A stretch of DNA of 63,234 bases, filler included, from Octopus bimaculoides (taxonomy: Eukaryota), in NCBI RefSeq assembly GCF_001194135.2. It is 4 parts of 3 records of this genome, joined end to end, with 100 filler letters (N's around TTAATTAATTAA, not from the genome) between each part and the next. Parts side by side here need not be neighbours in the genome. Positions count along the whole stretch, not along the records: positions 1 to 20,364 come from NC_068983.1; 3 more parts are not named here. The stretch is one strand, 5' to 3'. Below are positions 1-13,463 of this stretch, one piece after another. A program made the translations under genes and the position numbers. The notes under the pieces were generated by a model, which did not search any database, was not told the origin of the DNA, and worked only from the letters and a program-made list of their open reading frames with translations. The number at the start of each line of letters is the position of its first letter. Within the stretch, counting starts at the first letter, position 1.

Positions 1-67
<67 letters not shown>

Positions 68-70
68 TAC
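1..70. repeat. (AT)n microsatellite
   Basis: Pure AT dinucleotide run from the window start. Confidence 0.98.
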
Positions 71-660
71 CTCTGTGTGTGTGCACGCGCGCGTTTGTGT
101 ATGTATGCTAAAGAATGTAGCTATAAATTTTAAGCCAATCCTGTGTGTGTAGATAAATGTTAACACCTTGTGTTTAGGTATATCATCTTTATGGATAGAA
201 ATAGAGGGATGGGATTGACTCTTTTTAACCCTGGGTTGAGACCAGCGTCTGAGTACCCTTCTTAACTGTTCACAGACATACTCTTTATCAAACCGTGGGC
301 TTAAAGAAACTGGTTTAAAAGTTTTAAATGTATAATGCATTCTTAGCAGCTAGTTTAGTTTATAAATTTTTCGTGCATTAACTGTGTTTTGTTTCAATAC
401 CATATTGTACAACATGATATATCTATAAGTTTTAACCAACATTGTATATATATAGTCAGATTTAAACACCTTGTCTGTATATAAGTCATTTTTGAGGATA
501 GAAAAACGGATCAGCCGAATTTGTTGCAATCCAGTATTGGGTTTCATCAGCGACTGAAAACTTTGTTTTAGCTTTCCACGGTGATATTTCTGATCAACCC
601 ACCGCTACTTGGGCTTACGTTAATTAGATTGATCATTGTTTTATATATAATGCCTTCTAC

Positions 661-864
661 TATAGACACAAGGCCTAAAATTTGGTGGGACGGGACTAAC
701 GATTACTTCGATACCAGTGCGTAACTGGTACTTAATTTATCGACCCCAAAAGGCTAAAAGGCAAAGTCGACCACGGCGAAGTTTGAACTCAGAACGTAGA
801 AACAGACAAAATAGCGCTGAGTGTTCTGTCCGACGTACTAGCAATTCTTCCGCTCACCGCCTTG
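661..864 (-). mobile_element. tRNA-derived SINE, family A (GGCGGYGAGCTGGCAGAA head)
   Basis: Reverse complement has an A-box-like head, a B-box (GAGTTCAAAC) and the body GGTCGACTTTGCC...GGGGTCGATAAATTAAGTACCAG shared with many copies in the window. Confidence 0.85.
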
Positions 865-1519
865 ATAATGATAATAACAGCAACAACAACATTCATAATA
901 ATAATAATATCTGGAAATAGAGGTAACTCGAATGTGGAGCCTAAAAACAGAAACAATTCCCATCGTAGTAGGCGCATTAGGTATAAAAAAACATTCAGAC
1001 AAATACATAACAAAAGCAGCCGGCAAAAACATAACCTTCTTGGCGGGGGTAAAAAAAAATAACACGGCCATATGATTTTAAGAAAAAAAAAAAAACCCCC
1101 TTTAAAAACAGGAATCATCTGAAGCAGTTTACAACCACCGACATCATCAGCAGTATTGTCATTGCTTCCACTTCAACCACATACACCGCCATCAACGTTA
1201 CCATGACGGTTACCTTGATAGTCACTTATACCACCGCAACCAGTATAATCATTGCAATACCACCATCACACAACTAACACTATCATCAACACCACTATTA
1301 CCACCATCACCTCAGCATCACACATCACACCGCTCCTGTCACCATTATAACCATCGATACTATTTTATCCTCCTCCCATACTTATCTCGACCATCGTCTC
1401 ACAGCAATGCCACCATAGGTTACGCGGAAACAATTTGTTTTCAAGGGAGATAATCAAAGAACTTAACATTGTAATACTTCATGTAAAGTAAATATAACAA
1501 ATGAAAAATTCCTCAAGAA

Positions 1520-1702
1520 TCCATAAAAATTCCCGGATCACTACCAAAATTTTATCACCCAATGCATGTTTCATTACCAACTTTTTCTGTAAATTTCATC
1601 AAATGCCATTCACAACTTTTTGTGTTATTTTGCACACAGACGGACAGATGGACAAACCAACGCCAATGAAAACATAACCGCCTTCTTTGGTGGAGGTAAT
1701 AA
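1520..1702 (+). mobile_element. 3' part of a Helentron-associated (HINE/DINE-like) non-autonomous element
   Basis: CGGATCACTACCAAAATTT...AAATTTCATCAAA...ACAGACGGACAG microsatellite core...AAAACATAACCGCC-TTCTTT-GGTGGAGGTAATAA terminal imperfect palindrome, as in known HINE ends (recalled, not searched). Confidence 0.45.
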
Positions 1703-1791
1703 GAGCACCATAACAAAACACACACATACCCAAGGCACACAAGGTCGCGCTCGGTAGTCCAGTGAAAGCACGTGATAAAAATAAGACTACT

Positions 1792-1814
1792 GAATAATAA
1801 TAATGATAATGATG

Positions 1815-1860
<46 letters not shown>

Positions 1861-1871
1861 TAATAATAATG

Positions 1872-1915
<44 letters not shown>
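1792..1915. repeat. (AAT/GAT)n microsatellite
   Basis: Directly visible trinucleotide run. Confidence 0.97.
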
Positions 1916-1917
<2 letters not shown>

Positions 1918-2029
1918 AATTAAACCTTGGGAGAGGCATTATGCCGGTAATAAACACACGCACTGGTTCAGTCCTTTATTAATTTATATAGTTTTTTTTT
2001 GTTAAATTATTTCATTGCACTCTTGCAAT

Positions 2030-2690
2030 CTTTTCAGTAACTTGTCTCTCCACTTCCATTTATTTTGAATATNNNNNNNNNNNNNNNNNNNNNNNNNNNN
2101 NNNNNNNNNNNNNNNNNNNNNNNNNNNNNNNNNNNNNNNNNNNNNNNNNNNNNNNNNNNNNNNNNNNNNNNNNNNNNNNNNNNNNNNNNNNNNNNNNNNN
2201 NNNNNNNNNNNNNNNNNNNNNNNNNNNNNNNNNNNNNNNNNNNNNNNNNNNNNNNNNNNNNNNNNNNNNNNNNNNNNNNNNNNNNNNNNNNNNNNNNNNN
2301 NNNNNNNNNNNNNNNNNNNNNNNNNNNNNNNNNNNNNNNNNNNNNNNNNNNNNNNNNNNNNNNNNNNNNNNNNNNNNNNNNNNNNNNNNNNNNNNNNNNN
2401 NNNNNNNNNNNNNNNNNNNNNNNNNNNNNNNNNNNNNNNNNNNNNNNNNNNNNNNNNNNNNNNNNNNNNNNNNNNNNNNNNNNNNNNNNNNNNNNNNNNN
2501 NNNNNNNNNNNNNNNNNNNNNNNNNNNNNNNNNNNNNNNNNNNNNNNNNNNNNNNNNNNNNNNNNNNNNNNACCGACTCCTGTATTTGTCACAACGATGC
2601 GTCACCGGGGTGTCTAGACAGGATTTCTATGCTAATTCTGTCCAGTACACCACCATGTTGTTCTTTGGCATGCTGGTAGAGCACCGAGGT
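2030..2690 (-). mobile_element. Penelope-like element remnant, GIY-YIG endonuclease C-terminus, spanning an N gap
   Basis: Minus strand reads SVLYQHAKEQHGG...IEILSRHPGDASL*QIQESV, then IQNKWKW after the gap; resembles the H..E.H...RQI.E.V.I...N.K.EW tail of PLE GIY-YIG domains. Confidence 0.4.
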
Positions 2691-4509
2691 TTGTTTTTGA
2701 TTATTATAGTCCCTCCAATTGAATCCGTTTTGATTCTTTATTTTCCAGTTTTTCAGTTTGACAATGAAGGCTTTCAAGGAATCATTGAATTTTATATTTT
2801 TATTCCTCCTTGGCAACTAAAGATCCAGATTATTTCGTTACTCAAAGATATCAACTAAATAAGCGTGATACATTCCATTCCGCATCATTCAACTAGGCAA
2901 AGTACTGTATGTTACACTGGAATTAAAAATAACGATTTGAACTCATCTTTAAGCTCAAATATACATTGGTACATTTCCTCTTGAAAGTGACCGAACAATA
3001 GTGTGGAAAACAAGCAAATGATAAACTACATCTGTATCAGTTGTAACCGTTTGAAAAGTCATTTGAGAGCCCCTTCTTTAAAAAAATCGACAGTTTGAAA
3101 CGTTTGATTCAAAATTTCTAGTCAAACTGGAAGTGTCACATTTTTTTTACACACATTTGAATTTTATATTTTGTTCATGTAAATACCAGGTCATTCGAAC
3201 ATGGTGCTACAGAAGCAGATTCTTGAAGTTTTATACCCGATCTTATTTGGAACAGTACTATTTAGTAGTGAAACTGCTTCAAGTTTTCTCTCCTCATTTT
3301 CTAACACAATTTATTATATTTTGAAGGGGGCAAATTAGCAGAGTTATTAGAATATTGGATGGAATGCTTTGCGATATATATTTGCTCTGATTCCCAGCGC
3401 CCTAAACATCAAGGCGATGGATTAGCGTCGGACTGAATGAGTTGCTATATTTGCCCAGGTCCTTTGCGTTCTGAGCTGAAATTCCGCCTAAACCTATGTA
3501 GGTGACGATAAACTTAATATGTTTTCCAGTTTGACACACTCACTTGACAATTTAAGGTGTCCTTATCGGAATCCTGTCTGTTGCAGGTATTGTGTCCAAA
3601 TTTTCAGTTTGAGAAAAAATAATTTCCTCTCTCCATCCCACAAATCTTGGAGGTTCTGTAAAGTGTCATGGGTATTGCTTTCAGATTTGGTTCTCTGTGT
3701 TGATAGTAATGTCCGCGACAACACTGATGCCAAGTTGCTATTTCTTTTGGATAACATCGGTGACAGGGAGAGGGGGAGATTGCATGCATGACAACTGCAT
3801 ATACATGCGCAGGCCTGCATATACATGCGCAGATACATAAACACCCTATGCCAACGGAAGCTCTATCTTTTCAATATTTTGAAAACTCAATGTTTGATCA
3901 GGGACTGTCCAATTGTATACATTTTTTCTTATTTGTGCTATGTGAGTGTTACGACAAAAGTTCAAAAACGTTTTGTTTTATTTCTGGGAATAGCTGTTTT
4001 GAAGGCAGCTTCATCTTTCCATGATGTTCAAAGGGATTCTTGTTCCTATCTTTGCGTTAACTTATTACTTTGTTGGCTTCGTTGAGTCAGCTAAGCTTTG
4101 TTACAATTAATACATTGAGGCTTTTCTTCTCTTCTGACAATGATAAATATGAATCCATATTCAAAATATTAAACGTTGTTCTTTCTTTCTTGACACCTGT
4201 GAGTGACTTTAAAAAAATACAAGAATAGAATGTTTCCAGAAATATAAAGACGTAATATTTATAATTACTTTTAATTTAATCTGCGATATTCAAAAATTTT
4301 ATTGCTTAAACTATATGCAAACTACAAAAGGATATATAAACTACAGTATCCAATATACCCTTACTGCTTCAGTATCATACTGCGTGACTAGAGTGAGATA
4401 TAAATGCTATTCTTAGCAGTTTATCAACCTTATAATAGCTTTCTCTCCTATTAGCATGAAAGTATAAATGACTGCTGTTGTGCAAGTATGATGCTTTACT
4501 AGATTGTCA

Positions 4510-5500
4510 TTGTTTCTCTTGTCACTAACCAGTCAGCCATAAAGTTTGAAGAGTTAACTAAGTGTAGAGTCTTATATTGGGAATTAAGGAACTATCCATT
4601 CTCAAGCCCCCACTCACCAGAATTTACGTACAGTACGCCAATATGTACATTCGTGCACAACTATACGTGCATAACATTCTGAGACCAATAGTGTGAATCA
4701 ACTCATTTCTAATAAATCTAATAGACTCTTCAATATAATGACTTCTCTAAAAGCTTTTTGAGTATCTTTATGGACCGCTCGCTGTTAACGATACAGCAAC
4801 TTTTTAGAAAATCATGGAGAAAGATAAAAAGAAAACTACGTCACGACTTTTTATGTCGATTGCTGGCTCTTGAACTTAACTTTTTAGACCTTGGGAAAGA
4901 AGTATAACGCCATTCCATAAACTTAGCATTTGTTTTCAGATTATAAAGATATGCCTAAGTTTCATCTCTTGTCACTAAATCGGAAAAATACGTGTCTTCA
5001 TCGACTTCAAATGCTTCCAACAGATCAGTACATACTTCTACTTTTCTCACCCACCGATCCGGTGTCACCTGTCGCACATACTTCCCGATGCCTAAATTCT
5101 TCCACCACCATCTGTAACGCACTGTGACCAAAGTACAGTTGTGTAACAAGTTCATGGAATGTGAATCGTCTGTCTACGCAAATAATTTCATTCACTTGCT
5201 GGTGATTCGTGTCAATGGTCACAGTTGAGGATCTCCTGCCGCGTGGAATGTCTTCAATGCTGGTTTCCTTTTCTTTAAACTTCAGCTGTCTGCACATTGC
5301 CCACGACAATGTTGTTATCTCCGTAAACAGCCTATAGACATCTGTGTATGTCGGACAGCTTTCACCTCGCCTTCGTCAAAAGATCAATGATGGCGCGCTT
5401 TTTCTGCTCGGAAGTCATTATTTGCTTGCAATGAGAAAGGACACGAGGAAGAGTTATAATGACGAAACGTTGTTTCTGTTCACATGTGCCATTTGAACGA
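4510..5500 (-). mobile_element. Decayed mariner transposase fossil
   Basis: Fragments EQKKRAIIDLL, SIEDIPRGRRSST, DRRFTFHEL, REVCA(RWVP), DLVTRDET (first catalytic D motif VTGDET) and KFMEWRYTSFPRSKK; many stops and frameshifts. Confidence 0.8.
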
Positions 5501-5685
5501 CCTGTGTCAGATAATGAAGTTTTGCGTATTTTTGCATAATTTTCGGTACAACCTGCATGCATGTGCGTGTTGTGTATGTGTATATTTGTGCGCGCGCCTG
5601 TTTGTGTGTATGTATGAATGAGTATTTGTGTGTGTAAGTATTTTGCGCGTGTGTGTGTGTGTGGATGTGTGGTGAACTGGACTTA

Positions 5686-6109
5686 TTTGCAGTTAAATGT
5701 GGTTTATAGCAATGCAAGAAATTCATATAAACTAAAGAACAAAATATCAAAAATAGAATAAATGTCAGAAAAATATAACAGACATGAAGAAGAGTTGCTG
5801 TAGGAAAACAGCGTCTATATCAACATGTGCAATTTGAAAGACCTATGTCTGTTAATAAAAAAGTTTTGCCCATCTTTGCTTTACTTATATATATATATAT
5901 ATATGTNNNNNNNNNNGTGTGTGTGTTCATATATATTCATTTATATATGCATGCATGTATGTAGGTATGTATGTATGCACGTATATATGTATCGTGAGTA
6001 TGGCTTCTTTGCAGTTAAATGTGGTTTTACAGCGTTGCAAGAAATTGATATAAACTAAATAACAAGAACTCAAAAATATAAAATAAACGTCAGAATAATA
6101 TAACAGACA
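5686..6109 (+). repeat. Diverged local tandem duplication of about 100 bp (5686-5784 and 6008-6109)
   Basis: Both copies read TTTGCAGTTAAATGTGGTTT...GCAAGAAATT.ATATAAACTAAA...GTCAGAA.AATATAACAGACA, and each follows a microsatellite. Confidence 0.8.
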
Positions 6110-6689
6110 AAGCGGGTTTTGTTACTGCTTTAGGTTTTAATGTTTAACGGTATTGATGGATGAGGTGACAAAGATTGATGGTGAAGCAGAAAGATAAATA
6201 GTTGGATGGAGAGATATTAAAATTAAGCTAAATTAAATTAACTATGAAATAACTGCAGACTGGTTTGTTCTGGATAATTTGTTATTGTTGAATTGTTGTA
6301 AGCGCTTTCTGATTTTATAATCCACTATCAGACGTACATCGATAACTGGGAGCCAGACAGTGTTATTGCTTGTAGAAGCTGTATATGTGCTTCCATTCCA
6401 TGCATTTATTGTAATATATAATAAAATATATAATATATTATATGAATGGATCTGCGTAGATTTCGACATCGAGTGTTCAATTGCTGATCAACTGAATTTG
6501 CTGGTTATTGAATTAAGTGAAGTTTCGTTAGACACATGTACTCTTACGATAATACTTAGGAAGAATCGACGTGAGACAGTGTGTGGCAAAACTCTGTGAA
6601 AGGATTCCATATAGTTTCTATGTATTCATTTTCATTCACAAAGTACGGATCATCTTGAAAGTAAAGAAAAGTATATATACATATATATA

Positions 6690-6765
6690 CCCATGATGCC
6701 ACATACTGGGATCGAACCAGTGATGTCGTGGTTGCGAAGCGGACCCCTTTACTATTCGACTATAC
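6690..6765 (-). mobile_element. Isolated tRNA-like SINE head
   Basis: Reverse complement contains the B-box GGTTCGATCCC and a degenerate A-box, but no intact cloverleaf. Confidence 0.5.
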
Positions 6766-6835
6766 TGTGATTATATATGCATACATACATGCATACATAC
6801 ATGCATACATACATACATATATATATATATGTACA

Positions 6836-6891
<56 letters not shown>

Positions 6892-8549
6892 TATACACGT
6901 ACACATTAATACTACATGCACACGTACACATTAAATACTACATATTCATAGATGTACTGTGTATATTGCACATGCATACATACACACATCAATACACAAG
7001 TATTATATACTAAATATTCATAGATGTATATTTACAAACAAAAGGTGCACTCAGTACGTGATATAAAGCATTCACATATTGACGATTCACTTCATTTCTA
7101 CTCAGAATTCCACATATTCAATGTATATTTCTGATCGGCCAGGTAATGAGAACTTTGAAGTCTTTGGCATTTACATACATGCACACATATTTATGTATAT
7201 GCATAGATTTATATTCGTATACATTTATGCATACACACATTGACACGTAAACAAGCGTACACACGTGTTCTCATGCAAGTACATATGTATTACATTTATG
7301 CATACACATACATAAATAAGACAAATCATTTATGAATTGATTAGAATTATTATAGTTGTAAATACAGACGTGATTGCATACAAAACTATGCGCATGCGCA
7401 TGCGCACATGTGTATATACGCATTCGTTATTTTAATAGAAAAAATTATGAAAGCGTGATATTTTGCAAAACAAAAAAACAAAACAAAACAAAACTGAATT
7501 AGAAACAAAAACAAAATACAGTTAATATAAGCTTCAAAAACTCTTTAATACACATGAGTAACGCAGTTAATTGCTTTGAGACGACAGAAACATTGAGAGC
7601 ACCGAACAGTTCAGAGAATAAATAACGAAGCAAAACAGTGACTATGATGTCTCTAGGGTCTACAGCTATTATAAGTTGTGTCCGCTATTATTATTGTTGA
7701 TCTTGTTATGATTGTTATGATTATTACAGTTGCTGTTGTTAAGATCATATTTGTGTAGTATTAGCAGTAGTCGTCGTAGTAGTAGTGATAGTAGTAATGG
7801 TGACCATGAATGAACAACTTCACTGATGTTGTTTTTGTAGTTTGTTCTTTAGTCCGAAGTCAACTCTAAATGAGCTGACCTATGACCAAAACGGTTCCAG
7901 CCACGACCTACTCATAATCTTTTTTCCAGGATTGTGGTTCTAGAAATACAGAACTCATTATGTTCTTTCTTCTTTTTTAAGGCTGTCGGATGTGATTTAA
8001 AGGAGAAATAGTTGCTAATTCTGCCTTTCCCGATACAACGTTGTAACGTTAAATCATTTCTCATCGAACAGAAATATGATAAAAAAATTTCACCCCTAGC
8101 CATCCGTCATTTTTCAATGTGACATTCCAGTTTTTTAAGACAGCGCAGTGTAATTAGAGGAAATTTGGCTGTTATTTCTAGAAAGTCAAACAACCAAATG
8201 AAGGCTTCCATGGGGTATTGCTCTCAGTTGCAGGGATGTTGTTATTAATGTTGTTGCTGGTGTTTTTCTTCTGCTTTATGCGGTAACACTGTAGTGTGTA
8301 TCGTATCAGTGACTTCATTTAACTAGGATCAGAAGAATTCCAGTCATGCTGTCTTTCTTGTGGGAATCTGGGGCTGTATTTATCTAATGTGTCCTTCATG
8401 CATTAAGGAAACATGTTGCAATTTGAAGGAAATTTGATTGGTATTTCAAACTAGTTAAAGCACCATGTTAAACGGCCAGGCATTTCGTCTCCAGTGATTG
8501 TGTCAATTGTTTTGTAATTTAGACTCAAAGTCAGTAATTTTGAGGAGAC

Positions 8550-8716
8550 TAGACAAGTCGATACCACCGACCCCAGCATTTGACCGGTACTAGATTTTTG
8601 TTGAACCTAGACGAATAAAATGGAAGTTGATTTCTGCGAGGTTTGAACTCAGACCGTAAAGATCCGGAAGATCTATTTCAAGGCATTTTGTCCGAACGAT
8701 TTAGCCAATGCACCTT
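8550..8716 (-). mobile_element. SINE family A, diverged
   Basis: GTTTGAACTCAGA and GGCATTTTGTCCGA motifs collinear with the family A consensus. Confidence 0.7.
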
Positions 8717-9339
8717 ATAGTGACAGACATAACAAAAATTACAAATAATACAGGTCTATCAGTGGTGCAGTCATGGTTACAGGAATTTGTAACCATTCAG
8801 ATAACAGTAATGTTTGAAGCAGACCATCGTTCAAATTACTAACAGCAGTGTCGTCTGTCACCTTTAATAATATGCACTTCTCTGCTATTATATTATTACA
8901 AGTGTGAATAGTTAGATATCTAGTCATATGAGTTAATAGTCATATGAGTAAATAATGATCGGTTTATTAATGTTATTTATTTTGTCATATTTTGAACGAT
9001 GAAAAGTAATATCGGCCCCAAAGGAAAAATCGTTTTCGGTTAGCCTAACAGGAGAATATTACTTATCAATAGTTAAAAGGGAAGTCACTTTCTCTTTCTC
9101 TGTCTGTCTCTCTCTCACTCTCTCTTTCTCTCTTTCTCTAGGTCTCTGTCAGTCTGCCTCTGTCTGTTACTCTCCTCTCTCTCACTTTATATATAAATAT
9201 ATATATATATGTGTGTGTGTGTATGTATATATATACACACACACACATATATATATATATATACATATTCATACAAACATATATACATAACACACACACA
9301 CGGACACTTTCATACATATGCATACACATACATATTAAA

Positions 9340-10060
9340 TATTAATGCCATTTTAGTTTAATAGTCTATAGTACGAATGTTTAGGGGAAATGTGTTCTTA
9401 GTAAAATGAAGCTTTTGCTGATACATATAGTTACATTAATATTGTAGAGAGGTGGAACATGCGATATTTTTTCTGTTTGCCTGTCTGTCAGTTTGTGGTT
9501 TAGAGTTGGGTTCTGTGTAAGAGATTTTGTTCTTTCTAATTACTTCAAGTGCATCATCGTTGTAAGATTCTGCGTCGGTCTATATTTGTCTATCATCAGA
9601 AAGGCATGATAGTCTTTGGGAGTTGTTTGTGGATTGATTGTTTTCCTAGATTGGTTGGAATGAATGGCTATGTAGTTTAATGACTCGTTAGGTTTGTAAT
9701 ATGGTTGGTATGGAGATTTTGTAAGATCCAAGGGCTAAAATGTTAGTTTTAGCGAGGTTTTGTTATTTTGTGCTTTGAAGCCCCAAGCTTTTAAAGAAAT
9801 TGCGCATGTTCTTCGGGAACTTTTCAGTATGTTGCGAATTGCAGTTACTAAGGATTAGGGGTCAGTCATGCCTATATATGTCCGTCAGCCAATGAAAATG
9901 TGTTTTTCATATTGTGCAGGAATAAACCCGACATGGTCGCTAATCAAAGCTAAATCGTTGGCTTCCATAACAATGTTAAAGGACGTATGTATTTATTCAG
10001 ATCGATTCGTTGTAGACGATAAAGTTTTCCGGGCGTACAAAATATGCAAGTGTAACAGCA
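9340..10060 (-). mobile_element. Penelope-like element RT core and thumb remnant
   Basis: Minus-strand fragments YARKTL, FNIVMEANDLALISDHVG (cf. FDVTMGSYDGAEICELVG), LDLTKSPYQPYYKPNESLNYIAIHSN (cf. LNL..GTY.PY.KPN....YI..HSNHP) and PPLYNINV...THFP (cf. NPPYSKNV...KHFP); multiple stops. Confidence 0.75.
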
Positions 10061-12154
10061 TCAAACGCATTGTCAAGTGAAACTAATTACAAATGTCTAA
10101 CAAAACGTTTGTGTGCCAAACAAAAATCGTAAGCACAGACGGTGTCGAAGATACCAGTACAGGTTTCATTGTATACCAAATATATAGAGTACACTCATTC
10201 AATTAGAATTACCTCCAATTTTCATAGACCCTCTACTTGGATGTTTCTTTGATAGTGGGGCAACTCAGTATATTACTCTGGTTTTCAAAACCTTTTCCTC
10301 TCTCATTATATTTATTTAATCAAATTCTGGTATGTATACTGATATTACCCTTACACATCTTGAAGAGATGATTAGGAAAACTTTTATTTAATATTGCATG
10401 GATTTACAAATTTTTTTTATTTGTATAATCCAGCCTGTTAAATTAATGTAGCAATTCCATTAATTATCGTAATTAATTCCATTGATTATCGTAACTGATT
10501 AATAAATATAATACCGTAATCTTCATTCCGTTGTTTGCTTACTTTTATACTCTGTGACGGATGCTCCTATAATATGATGCATCTCATTATTGGTACAGCT
10601 CCTTGATTTTACAGTTTCTATGGCATGGTTTTCTTAATCTAACTAAATACTGATTTCCCTTCTCTTAGCCTGGATTTCGCATGGAGTGCTGACTGAGGCA
10701 CTTGCTTAGATATCTTAAACTCCGATATAAGAAGATGAGTATGAAGCTACATGCATAGATGTATACATTCACACCTACGCATACATATACTCATATTATG
10801 AAGGATTTTTGGATAAGTGAGGATGTGTGAGCGAGGGAGCAATTAAAGGAAGACTGAAAAAGAAATAAAAGCAGAGTTTGATGTGACAAATTTAGTACGT
10901 TTCTGAACTTAACGCCAATAATATTTTTACTCTCTTTACATCTTTTCATGATTGATCCCTGTTTTACCCCTAGCTGACCTTGAACTTGGGATATTTTTTG
11001 TTTTTGTATTATCCTGGATTGGATCTAGATCTTCCTACAAAAATTTTGGTAAAGCTTCGTTGACAAATAGGATGGTACAAGACAGAGAGAAACAACCATA
11101 TATTGTCCATTAACCATATTCACATGCTTGAATTCTAAAGCTTTATTGTGCTATTTTTAGCCACCACCAGTTTGAAAAAGTCATGGTATAAATCACAGCT
11201 TTAGAGTTTATATTACCGATTCTCAAATATGTTTATCACCAGTCACGAATCTTACTCAATGCATAAGGTATGAAACTAAGTGCAGTAAAGCAACTAGACC
11301 AATTCATTTTCATTTGAAAACAGTCCAACAGCTTTTAAATATGATATGGCAGCATATAATATAATAAGATATAAGGATATAACAAAACAAATGAAACTGC
11401 AGGAATCTTGTACAGATTTATCAGATGTTATACAAGACATAGCCATTAGAAAAAATGTCAACAAAGGAATGAAATAATTATCTTTCCGTTGCTTCGTTAC
11501 AAATCCAATGTCAGATTTTCTATATGATGTATTCTCCCCAAAGCGCTACTTAGTCTCAAATGCCATGAATAAATGTTTTCTGATTGAAAGCAGAGTTTCC
11601 CTTAAGGAAAGTCAGTCGGAAGTTTAGCTTTCAAGTCATTAGTGAATTAGCTTCAGCACGAAATTTTACCGGTTTACGTGGAAACTGCTTCGAGATAGAT
11701 TTAAATGCTATTCCTTGTCTTACTAATTCTTCATCCTACGTGCGACAGTTTCTAATCTCCAAATGTATATAGATGATTCTTTGTGAATTTATAGCCTTGA
11801 AATGTCCGTGTAAGATGAAAGAAAAACGTATGGAAGCATGCATTTCCTTTTCTTCTTTTACTACTCCTCAATCTGGCCTCTGAGACTCACTCACTCACTC
11901 ACTCACTAAGACACTCAATCGTTCACCCTCTTTCATACTAACTATTAATAAAAATGTGGATATTCAAACAAACTTTTCGCTCTCTTTTTCTTTCTACCTA
12001 CATTCTGTATTCATAATAATAGGTACACATTCATACACCACCACCTCATTTATGCACATATGGACATATGCATACATATATATGTCATAATATATATAAA
12101 CGTATATTATATATATGTACACACGTATATATATATTATAATATATATTCATAT

Positions 12155-12205
<51 letters not shown>

Positions 12206-12473
12206 AATATAAATATATATACATACATATATATATATATATACATACATCCACACACATATATATATACATACAAATATATATACACATATTCATTCGT
12301 ACCCACCCCCAACACATGTATGTTGACTTGCAACACTTCAAAGGCAACATTAATGACATTCAGTCTAACCAATTTCGGAGGGCCTGCAAAGACCATGGGA
12401 TCTGCTCATTTCTCCAGACTTAGCAAAATAGTACGCACGCACACACGCACACACACATGCACACAAAACACGT

Positions 12474-12504
<31 letters not shown>

Positions 12505-12511
12505 CACAGAC

Positions 12512-12546
<35 letters not shown>

Positions 12547-12837
12547 AACACAAAAAGAGACATATGGACACAGACACATACACGCATATACACGTGCATA
12601 TAAATATATGATGTATATATACCCACATCTACATTTACTGTTGCTACAATTTTATTCACTGTCCCACAATGTTGCGTTGCATTAGGTGTTACATTTACTT
12701 TCAGTGCTACACCTTACCCTTTCTCGTCGTCGGCTCCTTTTACACATGCCAGAGGTTCTTCAAGGAACCCACTTCTTGCTTTCGTTTGCCTGCAACTCAT
12801 TTGCTAGTTACCTATCATTTTCAACTCTAAACATTGA

Positions 12838-13252
12838 TAAGAGATTTTGTTCTTTCTAATTACTTCAAGTGCATCATCGTTGTAAGATTCTGCGTCGGTC
12901 TATATTTGTCTATCATCAGAAAGGCATGATAGTCTTTGGGAGTTGTTTGTGGATTGATTGTTTTCCTAGATTGGTTGGAATGAATGGCTATGTAGTTTAG
13001 TGACGCGTTAGGTTTGTAATATGGTTGGTATGGAGATTTTGTAAGATCCAAGGGCTAAAATGTTAGTTTTAGCGAGGTTTTGTTATTTTGTGCTTTGAAG
13101 CCCCATGCTTTTAAAGAAATTGCGCATGTCCTTCGGGAACTTTTCGGTATGTTGCGAATTGCAGTTACTAAGGATTAGGGGTCAGTCATGCCTATATATG
13201 TCCGTCAGCCAATGAAAATGTGTTTTTCATATTGTGCAGGAATAAACCCGAC
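12838..13252 (-). repeat. 415-bp near-identical copy of 9518-9932 (internal PLE fragment)
   Basis: Base-by-base comparison shows 5 substitutions, no indels, an offset of 3320 bp and the same orientation. Confidence 0.97.
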
Positions 13253-13410
13253 GTTGGTGTGTTTACGTCCCTGTAACTTAGCGGCTCGGTAAAGAGACCG
13301 ATAGAATAAGTACTAGGCTTGCAGGGAATAAGCCTTGGGGTCGATTTTTTAGACTAAAGGCGGTGCTCCAGCACGGCCACACTCAAAATGACTGAAACAA
13401 GTAAAAGAAT
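13253..13410 (+). mobile_element. SINE family B, 3' half
   Basis: TGGTGTGTTTACGTCCC...GATAGAATAAGTACTAGG...GACTAAAGGCGGTGCTCCAGCA...ATGACTGAAACAAGTAAAAG, matching the full copy at 50238-50627. Confidence 0.9.
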
Positions 13411-13432
13411 ATGTATATATTTGATGCATGCA

Positions 13433-13463
<31 letters not shown>

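Noticed and set aside
3590-3770. Possible third RLE-LINE fragment on the minus strand (TDVIQKK*QLGISVVADITI...LQNLQDLW)
   Set aside because: The similarity to the PD-D-K motif is too weak and needs several frameshifts.
7390-7408. Tandem GCGCATGCGC (NRF1-like) motif
   Set aside because: It is embedded in purine-pyrimidine microsatellite drift, with no promoter context.
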